Position numbers and translations under genes: made by a program. A DNA stretch of 64,000 bases from Candidatus Thorarchaeota archaeon (GTDB lineage: Archaea; Asgardarchaeota; Thorarchaeia; Thorarchaeales; Thorarchaeaceae), in assembly GCA_048882045.1 (NCBI GenBank), contig JBHLRZ010000018.1, positions 1,886-65,885 on the forward strand, given 5' to 3'. The notes below the pieces were generated by a model. It was not told the origin of the DNA, did not search any database, and saw nothing but the letters and a program-made list of their open reading frames with translations. Shown in pieces: positions 37,838 through 46,700 of this stretch; position 1 is the first letter of the stretch; each line of letters begins with the position of its first letter.

Positions 37838-38227
37838 TTGATTAAAATGAAAACAGTAGGTTATTTCGACGGTACAGATTCGATTCTTCTCACAAAATTA
37901 GCAGCACAGGGTTTCTGTACAGTCCCGCTTGGAAACGAAATGGATGGTTATGGGAAAATTGCATCTTTCATAGAACCTGGTGCAGTGGACATTATAATTG
38001 CCTACCTTCACAAATTACTACCGCCCCATAAGGACGACAAGAGGGTCATTCCAACCCCAGTGAATCTTCTTCATGCAGCCAATTCATATAACATACCAAT
38101 ATTCGTTATAGTCCCAAAGGAGCTACACAAGGAAGCTAAGAAGCAACTAGGAGAGGCTGCGGATTTTGTTAGAATGGTGACTCCTGAAGATCTTGAAGAA
38201 GAAGTCCGCAAGGAACTGAAAATCTAG
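37838..38227 (+). CDS. Small cytoplasmic protein of unknown function (129 aa)
   Basis: Non-hydrophobic ORF with alternating alpha/beta character, sitting between family members. No motif I recognise. Confidence 0.4.
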   Translation: MIKMKTVGYFDGTDSILLTKLAAQGFCTVPLGNEMDGYGKIASFIEPGAVDIIIAYLHKLLPPHKDDKRVIPTPVNLLHAANSYNIPIFVIVPKELHKEAKKQLGEAADFVRMVTPEDLEEEVRKELKI

Positions 38228-38317
38228 TATCCCTGCGTGAACAAGCTTTGGTTAAAAAGAAGCAGACCAAAAAAAGACCAACTTTGACCAATCTAATCGT
38301 AGGTCATGTCAACTCCT

Positions 38318-39031
38318 CTACTCTCTAAAACGGTATGCTATCAGGTAAACTATAACAACAATTTCGACGAGGAAACCAAATAGGTAAGACACTGGAATAT
38401 TAGAGTCATTAAGTCCTTGATCAGTAATAGTAAATTCAACTTCGCCAGGATAGTACATCAATTGGATTGTATACACTGTGCTGTTAGGGTATCTAGTATG
38501 ATAGTCATATTGTCTGATGCGGTTTGTTTGAGAATCATAGAAAAGATTCTCGGAGATGATAAATCCTACATCAGGAGTCGTCCTGTTTATCGCCACCATG
38601 TCAAATGAAACATAATTAACTGAGAAGTTGAACAACCAAGAATCAGGATCCGTGAAGACCATACCTGATTCGAATGCTGATACATCTAGCCATATAGGAC
38701 AGTATGGCCACCTTTCTACGATGTTCCCCTCAGTGTCAACTACAGCCCACTCTGGAATCCTAAGACGATACTCTTGAATTGCAGAGTTGTTGGTCACTTT
38801 GATTACTGCAATCCCGTCAGTGGGGGACCAGACATCAACTTCAAACTTCACGTAAGTAGCCCAATCTCCACTACTGTGGTAGTATTCATAGTAGGCAGTC
38901 TTCCCGGGATAAAGAGTACCCGATACTGGTTGAATCAGTGTTATTGTAAGAGTCAGACATAGTAGCGTTATTGGAATGATCAGATTTCTGGGAAATTGCC
39001 TGGGTCTTCTAAATGTCGTACAATACCTCAA
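38318..39031 (-). CDS. Small secreted anchored protein, distant member of the family (no Thr linker)
   Basis: A TTG start at 39031 gives the signal peptide MRYCTTFRRPRQFPRNLIIPITLLCLTLTITLIQPVSG. The IPEWAVVD block matches 34681's LPEWYAVD. C-terminus: FGFLVEIVVIVYLIAYRFRE. The ORF is open to 39193 but would then overlap the upstream gene by 136 nt. Confidence 0.5.
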   Translation of the reverse strand: MRYCTTFRRPRQFPRNLIIPITLLCLTLTITLIQPVSGTLYPGKTAYYEYYHSSGDWATYVKFEVDVWSPTDGIAVIKVTNNSAIQEYRLRIPEWAVVDTEGNIVERWPYCPIWLDVSAFESGMVFTDPDSWLFNFSVNYVSFDMVAINRTTPDVGFIISENLFYDSQTNRIRQYDYHTRYPNSTVYTIQLMYYPGEVEFTITDQGLNDSNIPVSYLFGFLVEIVVIVYLIAYRFRE

Positions 39032-39057
39032 GACTGACTCCTCAAATTCATCTTCTA

Positions 39058-39900
39058 TCACACTTCCTTCTTCTTTCGAGTATATAGTATCCATACAATG
39101 ACTAGCTCCACGACTATTGATGCGAGAATGACTACATCGAGAGTAGGTAATGTGAATTGCTGAGAAGTGGTGGTGGTGGTTCTCGGAGGCCAAATGGAAG
39201 ATGTTTGAGTAGTCGTAGTAGTTGAAGTAGGAGTGGGAGTCGGAGGTATGAATTCTTCGATATTTCCAGACACAAGTTCAAAGATGCCTTGGCCATAGAG
39301 TTGGTTTTCCAAAGGGAGACTTGCATTAATGTATTCGATTATGCCTATTATCGCCATTCCCGAAAACGAGTCATAGTAGACATAAGTCAAGTTACGCAGA
39401 TCACCGAATCCCCAAAAATACTCCAGTTCGTAACAATCATACCCTGAATCATAATCAAGGTGTATATAGTCGATGACCCAATGGTTTCTACTTCCTATGA
39501 CATAGGGTTCTCCCAGAGTGACCTGAGACACATCAATCCAAAGTGGCCACAGGAACAACCCTGGTAGCTCTAGAAAACTATTAGGAAATTCTGCAACATA
39601 TGTGTGGTTATACTCACTGAGTATGGATGTGCTAGGTTGATAGGTCACATTACTGAAACAATTGAATTTGATTTCTACCAAATCTGCATCGTAATCTATC
39701 CACCTTGTGAAGTTGTATCTATATGTGAGAGTTTCAGAAAAATTGCCTATGTAACTCTCGTATTCCCAATAGTAGTCAAGAAATAGACCCACTGGTAACT
39801 GATTGGTTTGAGCAAAGGTGTTAGTAGTGAAATTGGCTGAAAGAAGTCCAAGAATAATTGTCAGCACAACAATACTGTGTTTCCTATACTTTCGCCACAT
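39058..39900 (-). CDS. Small secreted anchored protein, paralog family
   Basis: Signal peptide, then AQTNQLPVGLFLDYYWEY…YRYNFTRWIDYD. Linker PTPTPTSTTTTTQTSS…TTTTTSQQ. C-terminus: PTLDVVILASIVVELVIVWILYTRKKKEV. Confidence 0.65.
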   Translation of the reverse strand: MWRKYRKHSIVVLTIILGLLSANFTTNTFAQTNQLPVGLFLDYYWEYESYIGNFSETLTYRYNFTRWIDYDADLVEIKFNCFSNVTYQPSTSILSEYNHTYVAEFPNSFLELPGLFLWPLWIDVSQVTLGEPYVIGSRNHWVIDYIHLDYDSGYDCYELEYFWGFGDLRNLTYVYYDSFSGMAIIGIIEYINASLPLENQLYGQGIFELVSGNIEEFIPPTPTPTSTTTTTQTSSIWPPRTTTTTSQQFTLPTLDVVILASIVVELVIVWILYTRKKKEV

Positions 39901-39938
39901 CTTACCTCACTATTTTCACTTCAAATCTTGATAGCAAG

Positions 39939-40748
39939 CTACTCCTTTCGTTTCAAAAACGTCAATATGATGACAAGTTCTACAAATATTGCCGCTACAA
40001 AAACTATGTCTAAAGTAGGAATTTGATATGATTCCGTTGTTGGTGTCGTAGTAGGAGGTGTGGTAGGAGGTGTGGTCTGTCCTGGGGATGTAGTAGACGT
40101 TGGTGATGTGGGATCAGTGGTTGGGATTGTAGTTGTTTGAGTTGTTGGAATGACGAAATCAGGAGGATTGAAAACATTGAAGTTTCCTGAAAGAACGAAT
40201 GAGCTGTATATTCTCGACCAGTTTCCAGATACGCTTGTTTCCCAATGTGTATAATCAAGTAACAATCCTAATTGTGTGTGATAATACAGGTCTGTTGCAT
40301 TCTCCCATCCATCTTGTTCAAGGATGTACTCAAGTCGGAAACATTCAACGTCGCCAAATGTACCCATGAAATGGTCCACAATTTGGATGATTTGATATTG
40401 AATTCCTGAAATCTGAATAACATGATATAGGTCCCACGTTGAAACATCCATCCAAAGATATGGTTGCTCAGCTAAAGGAAGACGAACCTCGAGGAAAGAC
40501 TGGTTATAATTCACGGAGTCTCTTTCATATTCTAGCTGCAGAGTGCTCAGGTTGGTCCATCGAATGAAATCGTATGTAATCTCGTATTCTGGAATCTCAG
40601 GAGTGTATTGAAAGAATACATTTGTGATGTAAAGAAGATTCATCCCGATAGGAAAGTCATCACGTTGAGCATCGGTGGGCATAACCCACACACTAAGAAG
40701 AAGGATTCCAAATACAAAAGCCACAACAGCAGTCTCTCCCTTCCTCAA
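39939..40748 (-). CDS. Small secreted anchored protein, DFPIG paralog family
   Basis: AQRDDFPIGMNLLYI…YEITYDFIRW. Pro/Thr-rich linker. C-terminus: PTLDIVFVAAIFVELVIILTFLKRKE. Confidence 0.65.
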   Translation of the reverse strand: MRKGETAVVAFVFGILLLSVWVMPTDAQRDDFPIGMNLLYITNVFFQYTPEIPEYEITYDFIRWTNLSTLQLEYERDSVNYNQSFLEVRLPLAEQPYLWMDVSTWDLYHVIQISGIQYQIIQIVDHFMGTFGDVECFRLEYILEQDGWENATDLYYHTQLGLLLDYTHWETSVSGNWSRIYSSFVLSGNFNVFNPPDFVIPTTQTTTIPTTDPTSPTSTTSPGQTTPPTTPPTTTPTTESYQIPTLDIVFVAAIFVELVIILTFLKRKE

Positions 40749-40865
40749 TATCCCAAACCTTCTTCCAGTACTAGCATCACGTGAGATGTGATATACTTTT
40801 ACTCCAACAACTGGAAAACTCTTTATCCTCCCAGTACACAGGAGAAAATGAGCTGAGGCTGATTC

Positions 40866-42128
40866 ATGACAATGGAAGGGGAAGTAAAAACAAAGAAGAA
40901 TTCGAAAAAAGAAGTGGGCCTTTGGGTCTATCTCGTCTTTTTCGTGGGTTTATTTTTGATATGTATAGCTTTTTCTCTGGCAGGTGTTTCGACCATTCAA
41001 GAAATCTCACTTACGCATATTTCGTCATCTATATTCTTCTCCCTGTTGGGTGTAATCTTCCTGATGTGCTGGATGTTAGTCCCGCCAGAATCTGAAGAGT
41101 CAAAACAGAGAAGGAAAGAGGAACGAGAGCAGCGTAGACAAGCTGAAATCGCGAGATTCAGGAAAGCGGAAGAGGCACGACGTGAGGCTTTGGATCGCAG
41201 GAGAAGGAGACTCGTCGATGAGACAGTTGTCAGAAGAGGTTATCCATCGACGGCAAAGAAACCGATACCGGGTATAACTCATGCCCTATCAGATGTCAGG
41301 AGAGTTCCACCTACCAAGACTACTGAGGGAGTCGAGGTTAGAAGAGGTGGTGAATTCATTGGGAACCGAATGAGGTTCAAGGTCAAGGTTCTCAACGACT
41401 CCTCTTACATTATAACTGATGTCACAGTGTATCTCTTGTCGTATCCAAAGGATGCCCTGAGGTTCGCAGGAGAAGATCATGACATTTTCTTCGCCAAGAT
41501 AGAACCTGGGGGTTTCAGAAGCCCTACATTTGACTTTCTCCCGACCCAAGATTGCGTAAAGGGAGAGATTGTTGCAGGTGTTTCATACATGGATATGCGT
41601 GGTCAACCTCATACTCTCACAGCAAAGCCGTTTGTTATCCGCTCTGTATGCGATCTATTGTTGCCTCAACAAGTGACACCAGAAGACTTCAAGTTGAAAC
41701 TCAAAGATCTTGAATGCGGAGAGATTGCCATCAAAATAGAAGAGTGGACACCAAAGGAGATGTTCGAGAAATCATTGAGAATTGTTGATGAGTCAAACTT
41801 CTTCGAAGTAAGTAGTCACTCAGAAGAAACAGATGGTGTATTCTTTGGGAAGATTGTTGGCTTTGCGAAAGGGAAATACACAGGAAAGGATGTGGGAGTG
41901 GAGATCACGGTAACCGGACCAGTCGGAGTCAAAGGATCTTCTTGCACAATCCAAGTGTCTGGAGAAGACCAAGCGATGATTTTGCCTGCAATCGATGACC
42001 TACGTGAACGTCTGAGTGCATGGCTATGTCCGATGTGCTCAAGTCCCTTGCCCATAGCGAATGTTGAAGACTTGCGTAAAGGCAACGTCGTGAAATGCCA
42101 ATTCTGTGGAGTTTCGATTGGTCGATAG
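40866..42128 (+). CDS. Membrane-anchored protein (2 N-terminal TM, basic coiled-coil-like segment, conserved ~280-aa domain, C-terminal CPxC…CxFCG zinc ribbon); paralog 1 of 3
   Basis: Conserved blocks: RRGGEFIGNRMRFKVKVLNDSSY, IEPGGFRSPTFDFLPTQDCVKGEIVAGVSY, FVIRSVCDLLLP, GKYTGK, IQVSGEDQAMILPAIDDLRERLSAWLCPMCSS…KCQFCGVSIGR. Confidence 0.7.
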   Translation: MTMEGEVKTKKNSKKEVGLWVYLVFFVGLFLICIAFSLAGVSTIQEISLTHISSSIFFSLLGVIFLMCWMLVPPESEESKQRRKEEREQRRQAEIARFRKAEEARREALDRRRRRLVDETVVRRGYPSTAKKPIPGITHALSDVRRVPPTKTTEGVEVRRGGEFIGNRMRFKVKVLNDSSYIITDVTVYLLSYPKDALRFAGEDHDIFFAKIEPGGFRSPTFDFLPTQDCVKGEIVAGVSYMDMRGQPHTLTAKPFVIRSVCDLLLPQQVTPEDFKLKLKDLECGEIAIKIEEWTPKEMFEKSLRIVDESNFFEVSSHSEETDGVFFGKIVGFAKGKYTGKDVGVEITVTGPVGVKGSSCTIQVSGEDQAMILPAIDDLRERLSAWLCPMCSSPLPIANVEDLRKGNVVKCQFCGVSIGR

Positions 42129-42144
42129 GATTCTGTTGAAACGG

Positions 42145-43341
42145 ATGATTATCATGTCACAACAAACTCGGAAACAAGAATCGCAAGCGGAATTTGAATC
42201 CGAGTTTGAAAAAGATAAACCTGTAAATGTTGTAGTACTCGGAGTATGTTTCATTATAATTGTAGTAACAACTATGGTTGTGTTGGTTACGGTCTACTCT
42301 GTACCTTTTACGTTTGAGCAATATATGGTGGTTGTGGCAATTGTTGTTTGCTTTACTTTGGTTTGCTATTGTGCGAAATATTATCCCTTAGATGATAAAA
42401 TATCAGATGGGGAAAGCATGGAGCAACACTACCTGAAAGCAAGAGATACCGCACGGACATATGTTAGACCAAAGAAACCAATCCCGGGAGTAATCAAAAG
42501 TATTGCACCAGTCAAACCTCCACCTACAAAGAGAGAGAACTTGGTCAAAGTTCTCAGAGGTGGTGAGTTCATAGGAAACCGTATGAGGTTCAAAGTGAAG
42601 GTCATCAACGATTCTTCATTCATCCTCTCTGATGTCACAGTATATTTGTTGTCCTACCCAAATGATGCACTCCGTTTCGCAGGGGAAGAAAATCATGTCT
42701 TCTTCTCAAAGATTGAACCAGGAGGTTTTAGAAGCCCAACATTCGACTTCCTACCTACTCAAGATTGTGTCAGAGGAGATATTGTTGCAGGCGTTTCGTA
42801 CATTGACGAGAGGGGAAATCCAAAAGCTCTAACAACCCGTCCGTTTGTGATTCGTTCTGTTTGCGACCTTCTTTTGCCTGAGCAAGTGACACCAGTGGAT
42901 TTCGAGCTCAGATTGAAGGATTTGGAATGTGGTGAAATCACTGTAAAGATTGAAGAATGGACTCCCCAAGAGATGTTTGACAAAGTACTTCGTATCTTGG
43001 ATGAGTCAAATTTCTATGAAGTGAAGAGTGAACTGAAAACAATCGATGAAGTTGTATTTGCTGAGATATCTGGATATGCAAAGGGAAAATACACGGGCAA
43101 GAATATTGCAGTCGAGATTAGTGTGACAGGGCCTGAACGAGTCAACGGTGCTACTTGCAAGATTCAGGTTTCTGGGGAGGACCAAGCAATGATTCTCCCA
43201 GCTATTGATGACCTACGTGAGAGACTGAATGCATGGCTTTGTCCTCAATGCAACAGCTCATTGACACTGGAAAATGTCGTGAATCTTAGGAGAGGAGAAG
43301 TGGTACAATGTCCCTTCTGTGGCATCTCTATAGGACGCTGA
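42145..43341 (+). CDS. Paralog 2 of the membrane-anchored Zn-ribbon protein family
   Basis: About 75% identical to paralog 1 across the conserved domain. Ends CPQCNSS…QCPFCGISIGR. N-terminal anchor is divergent. The frame is open from a GTG at 42106 that overlaps paralog 1. Confidence 0.7.
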   Translation: MIIMSQQTRKQESQAEFESEFEKDKPVNVVVLGVCFIIIVVTTMVVLVTVYSVPFTFEQYMVVVAIVVCFTLVCYCAKYYPLDDKISDGESMEQHYLKARDTARTYVRPKKPIPGVIKSIAPVKPPPTKRENLVKVLRGGEFIGNRMRFKVKVINDSSFILSDVTVYLLSYPNDALRFAGEENHVFFSKIEPGGFRSPTFDFLPTQDCVRGDIVAGVSYIDERGNPKALTTRPFVIRSVCDLLLPEQVTPVDFELRLKDLECGEITVKIEEWTPQEMFDKVLRILDESNFYEVKSELKTIDEVVFAEISGYAKGKYTGKNIAVEISVTGPERVNGATCKIQVSGEDQAMILPAIDDLRERLNAWLCPQCNSSLTLENVVNLRRGEVVQCPFCGISIGR

Positions 43342-43383
43342 TAGTCAAACCATTATTAGGTAGGTTGTTATTCAGATAATATA

Positions 43384-44295
43384 ATGCAAGTACTTGACCC
43401 ATACGTCTTTGGATTGCTCAGCGCGGTAGCAGCAACGATTTTCTTTGGAGTGACGAATATCATCTACCTGAAATTGAGTGAAGACATCAATGTGATGGAC
43501 ATCATGTTCACGCGTATTTGGGTTAGTCTTCCTCTTGCATTTACATTTGCAGTCGGGTCGATTGGTAGTCTCAATATAGTGATCCCTGCAAGCGCAATGC
43601 TGCCTCTTTCAGTGTCGATGATTATAGGAATTGTGATTGGAGATGCGATGTACTTCTTGAGTCAGGAGAGAATCGGAGTTTCTAGAGCATTTCCAATCGC
43701 AATGAGCTATCCTCTTCTTGTCTATTTACTCACCGCACTATTTCTTGGAGAACCTGTTATTGTTCAGAGAATAGTTGGAGCAGTGGCTACCGTCATCGGG
43801 GTTTCTGTAATAGCCAGAGCTGAACATATAGATAGTTCGAACACAGATGGTCGTTGGTCCGATCGAGAAAGAAGGATTGGTTTCATTCTGGCAATATTCA
43901 CAGCCCTTGCATGGGCACTAAGTGATGCCATATTCCAGTTTGGACTTATTTCCGTTGGTGCGGCTGAAAGTAATTATTTCCGTTTGTTAGTTGTTTCAAT
44001 CATATTAATTCCAGTCTTCATCATCTCTTTAAGAGGAGGAAGAAAACTCCCAACAAGAAGTATCACAGGAAAGGCTCTACTTACAGGTCTCTTTGGTGTG
44101 GGTTTTAGCTTGATTGCTTATAGCTACGCTGTAAAATTCATAGGAGCCACTGTGACTTCTGTCATCGTAGCTGCGGCACCTGTGTTCACTGCACCCCTAT
44201 CAGTGCTCTACCTTGGAGAGGACGTCAATTGGAAGGTGGCAATCGGGACTCTTCTTACAATAATAGGAGTAGTTCTTGTAGTATTCATATTTTGA
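43384..44295 (+). CDS. DMT-superfamily (EamA-like) transporter
   Basis: 303 aa, 10 TM, two EamA-like halves. Inserted between paralogs 2 and 3. Confidence 0.65.
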   Translation: MQVLDPYVFGLLSAVAATIFFGVTNIIYLKLSEDINVMDIMFTRIWVSLPLAFTFAVGSIGSLNIVIPASAMLPLSVSMIIGIVIGDAMYFLSQERIGVSRAFPIAMSYPLLVYLLTALFLGEPVIVQRIVGAVATVIGVSVIARAEHIDSSNTDGRWSDRERRIGFILAIFTALAWALSDAIFQFGLISVGAAESNYFRLLVVSIILIPVFIISLRGGRKLPTRSITGKALLTGLFGVGFSLIAYSYAVKFIGATVTSVIVAAAPVFTAPLSVLYLGEDVNWKVAIGTLLTIIGVVLVVFIF

Positions 44296-44355
44296 CTCGA
44301 TGATTTTATAGGCGCTCCCGAGGTTCTTTTATCAGGTATGGTGAGCTAAGTAACA

Positions 44356-45468
44356 ATGCAAGTAGAAGGAGCTTTGTTATCCATTGCGGCGTTCATTATC
44401 ATCTTCGCCGTCATTGTATTTGCGCTATACATCTGTGGGTCATCAGATGATGATATAATGCTCACCAGTCAAGAGAGAGGATATATACCACAGAGTGTTC
44501 GACATGAGTTTCCAATTCTAGGTCAACGATCTGAAGATTATGGAGGACGAGCAAGAGAACAGATCTTGAGGGATTACTTACCAACGAAACGCCCAATCGC
44601 AGGTGTATCAAGAGCTGTCACTGTTTTGAAGAGACCTCCTGCAATGGATGACATAAAAGCTAAGAAGACCGTTGAAGTCAGAAGAGGTGGGGAGTTCATA
44701 GGGAACCGGATGCGTTTCAAAGTAAAAGTGTTGAATAACACAGAGTACACTATTACTGATGTCACAGTGTTCCTTATCTCATATCCAACTGAAACATTAA
44801 GGATTGATGCAAGTGAGCATTCCACTCGTTTTCCCAAGATCGAGCCTGAGGGATTCAGAAGTCCGACATTCGATTTCCTACCGACCCAGGACTGTGTGAA
44901 GGGAGAGATTGTCGCTGGTGTATCATACATCGACTACAGGGGGACTCCTCATTCACTCAATACCAAACCTTTCACTATACGTTCAGTCTGTGATTTATTG
45001 ATGCCCGATAAAATCACAGCTGAAGACTTTGAGCTCAAATTGAAGGATCTAGAATGTGGGGAATTGATCGTAAAGGTAATTGATTGGACTCCTTCCGAGA
45101 TGTTTGACAAGTCACTGAGAATTCTAACAGATGCCAATTTCTATGAAGTCAGCAGTGAGATGACTGAGAATGATGGCATCACATACGCTACAATAACTGG
45201 ATTCGCAAAGGGGAAGTATACAGGAAAACAGGTAGCAGCCAAGATTGCTATCACTGGTCCAGCTGGAAAACCTGGGGCATCTTGTACCATACAAGTATCA
45301 GGCGAAGATCAAGCAATGATACTGCCTGCCATTGATGATCTGAGAGAACGACTCAGTGCGTGGATGTGTCCCAATTGCTCTAGTCCGATTTCTATAGAGA
45401 ATGTAGAGAAACTCAGAGAGGGTAAAATTGTGACATGTCTCTTCTGTGACGCTTCAATTGGAAGATAG
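44356..45468 (+). CDS. Paralog 3 of the membrane-anchored Zn-ribbon protein family (single N-terminal TM)
   Basis: Same conserved domain (RRGGEFIGNRMRFKVKVLNNTEY … CPNCSSPISIENVEKLREGKIVTCLFCDASIGR). Confidence 0.7.
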   Translation: MQVEGALLSIAAFIIIFAVIVFALYICGSSDDDIMLTSQERGYIPQSVRHEFPILGQRSEDYGGRAREQILRDYLPTKRPIAGVSRAVTVLKRPPAMDDIKAKKTVEVRRGGEFIGNRMRFKVKVLNNTEYTITDVTVFLISYPTETLRIDASEHSTRFPKIEPEGFRSPTFDFLPTQDCVKGEIVAGVSYIDYRGTPHSLNTKPFTIRSVCDLLMPDKITAEDFELKLKDLECGELIVKVIDWTPSEMFDKSLRILTDANFYEVSSEMTENDGITYATITGFAKGKYTGKQVAAKIAITGPAGKPGASCTIQVSGEDQAMILPAIDDLRERLSAWMCPNCSSPISIENVEKLREGKIVTCLFCDASIGR

Positions 45469-45501
45469 TTCAATGTAGTTGGGACTCATGTCCAAATCCG
45501 C

Positions 45502-46173
45502 TTATACAAATCCTCGACCGGGTCCAGTCCCGAGCCTGAGCTGGGCATAGCGAGCATCATCGTGAGGTTTGGCACCTTGGAGCTGCCGCTGATACTTTTT
45601 GAATTCATCCTCACAAGTAGATTCAAGCTGGAATTTGGAAACATTAAGTCTGATTTCCTTTTTTCCGATTGATTCGATGAAGTGCGGAGGAACAAGGAGG
45701 TCAATGTCAGGTTGTGCCCCTAGTCTCTCAAGAATTTCTTCAAGGAATCCGCCACCCAGCACGAGCCACATCATATTGTCTTCGTCGAACCATATGTCAA
45801 TGACAAATCCAATCTTGAAATTGTCATCGTCAACAACCTTAATTTCTGACAGTCTTGTGAAGGGTATATCATCGGAACACAAGACACCTGGATCCATCTT
45901 GTTCTTCAGGGTATCACCATCTACCTTTAGATACACCTTGTCTGAAATCGAATCAACATCCTCTAAACTTACAACTGGGTCAATATCTGGCTTTAATCCG
46001 ATTGACTCCAAGAGTTCCTCAACTCGTCCACCTCCTAAGACTAAGTACTTCGGATTCAGTGTGTTTGCGGTGCAGTCAAAGATCCAGTCTATAACTTCCC
46101 CGACAGTATCTCCATCAGAGTCGATAACATCTTTTCCTCTGATATCACTGTACTTTAGCTCGACACATTTCAT
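45502..46173 (-). CDS. Tandem PRC-barrel domain protein
   Basis: Two repeats with the PRC-barrel signature: DVIDSDGDTVGEVIDWIFD…YLVLGGG and VVDDDNFKIGFVIDIWFDEDNMMWLVLGGG. The opposite-strand ORF is a low-complexity shadow. Confidence 0.65.
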   Translation of the reverse strand: MKCVELKYSDIRGKDVIDSDGDTVGEVIDWIFDCTANTLNPKYLVLGGGRVEELLESIGLKPDIDPVVSLEDVDSISDKVYLKVDGDTLKNKMDPGVLCSDDIPFTRLSEIKVVDDDNFKIGFVIDIWFDEDNMMWLVLGGGFLEEILERLGAQPDIDLLVPPHFIESIGKKEIRLNVSKFQLESTCEDEFKKYQRQLQGAKPHDDARYAQLRLGTGPGRGFV

Positions 46174-46305
46174 CTGTCCTAACCTCTTTATTCATTCACA
46201 ATAGTTAACATTTAAGGTTTCGCTTTAAGTCAACTGAAAGATACTAAATTGGTGGGTACATACCTACTGAAAAAGGATTGGGAGCCCTTGGCATGGGCTC
46301 GATTA

Positions 46306-46608
46306 CTAATAGACCTCGCGTGGACTCTCTCTTAGGCGATCGGGTAGCTGGCCACCCTCACCTAAGACTTCAAGTTCATGGTCTCTTCCGTAGCGACCAC
46401 CGTCATTACATAAGAAACCTGTCTTAGTTATACCTCGAGCCTGACGCTCCGCGGCACGTCTGGTAATCATAGTCTTCCCGGATGGCACTGTCATAATCAA
46501 CTTCTTCTGCGCTTCGTCTATGACAAGCAATATTGTGTCATCACTTGCATTACGAGAGGTCTCGAAGAATTGGGAGGTTGACTCGTTAAACTCTAGATAT
46601 ACTGGCAT
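46306..46608 (-). CDS. Hypothetical small protein (100 aa); possibly a degraded P-loop ATPase remnant
   Basis: ILLVIDEAQ followed by SGKTMIT. GC-rich, hairpin-forming sequence at its 3' end. Whether it is a real gene is uncertain. Confidence 0.25.
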   Translation of the reverse strand: MPVYLEFNESTSQFFETSRNASDDTILLVIDEAQKKLIMTVPSGKTMITRRAAERQARGITKTGFLCNDGGRYGRDHELEVLGEGGQLPDRLRESPREVY

Positions 46609-46700
46609 TCGGAATCTTAGCCTCCAACTGGCTAGTTCACCATGAATGGTTTCTGGGCGTATATTAATGAATCTCGCGCGAGTCTATCAAACGAATTCTG

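Noticed and set aside
38318-39193. Full-length 291-aa ORF with a His-rich N-terminus (MASENHHHHF…)
   Set aside because: The first 136 nt overlap the upstream family gene on the same strand, and the N-terminus lacks a signal peptide. The TTG at 39031 yields a canonical signal peptide and removes the overlap.
40781-41095. 104-aa ORF overlapping the start of the first Zn-ribbon paralog
   Set aside because: It is in a different frame from a strongly conserved paralogous CDS, and there is no support for it.
45599-46204. 201-aa plus-strand ORF
   Set aside because: It is a Ser-rich shadow ORF opposite the PRC-barrel gene, whose two PRC repeats give clear domain evidence on the minus strand.
46260-46345. 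Possible tRNA or SRP RNA in the GC-rich patch
   Set aside because: I could assemble no cloverleaf (no T-loop consensus, no anticodon arm) and could not match conserved SRP or RNase P motifs by eye. It is kept only as a low-interest finding.
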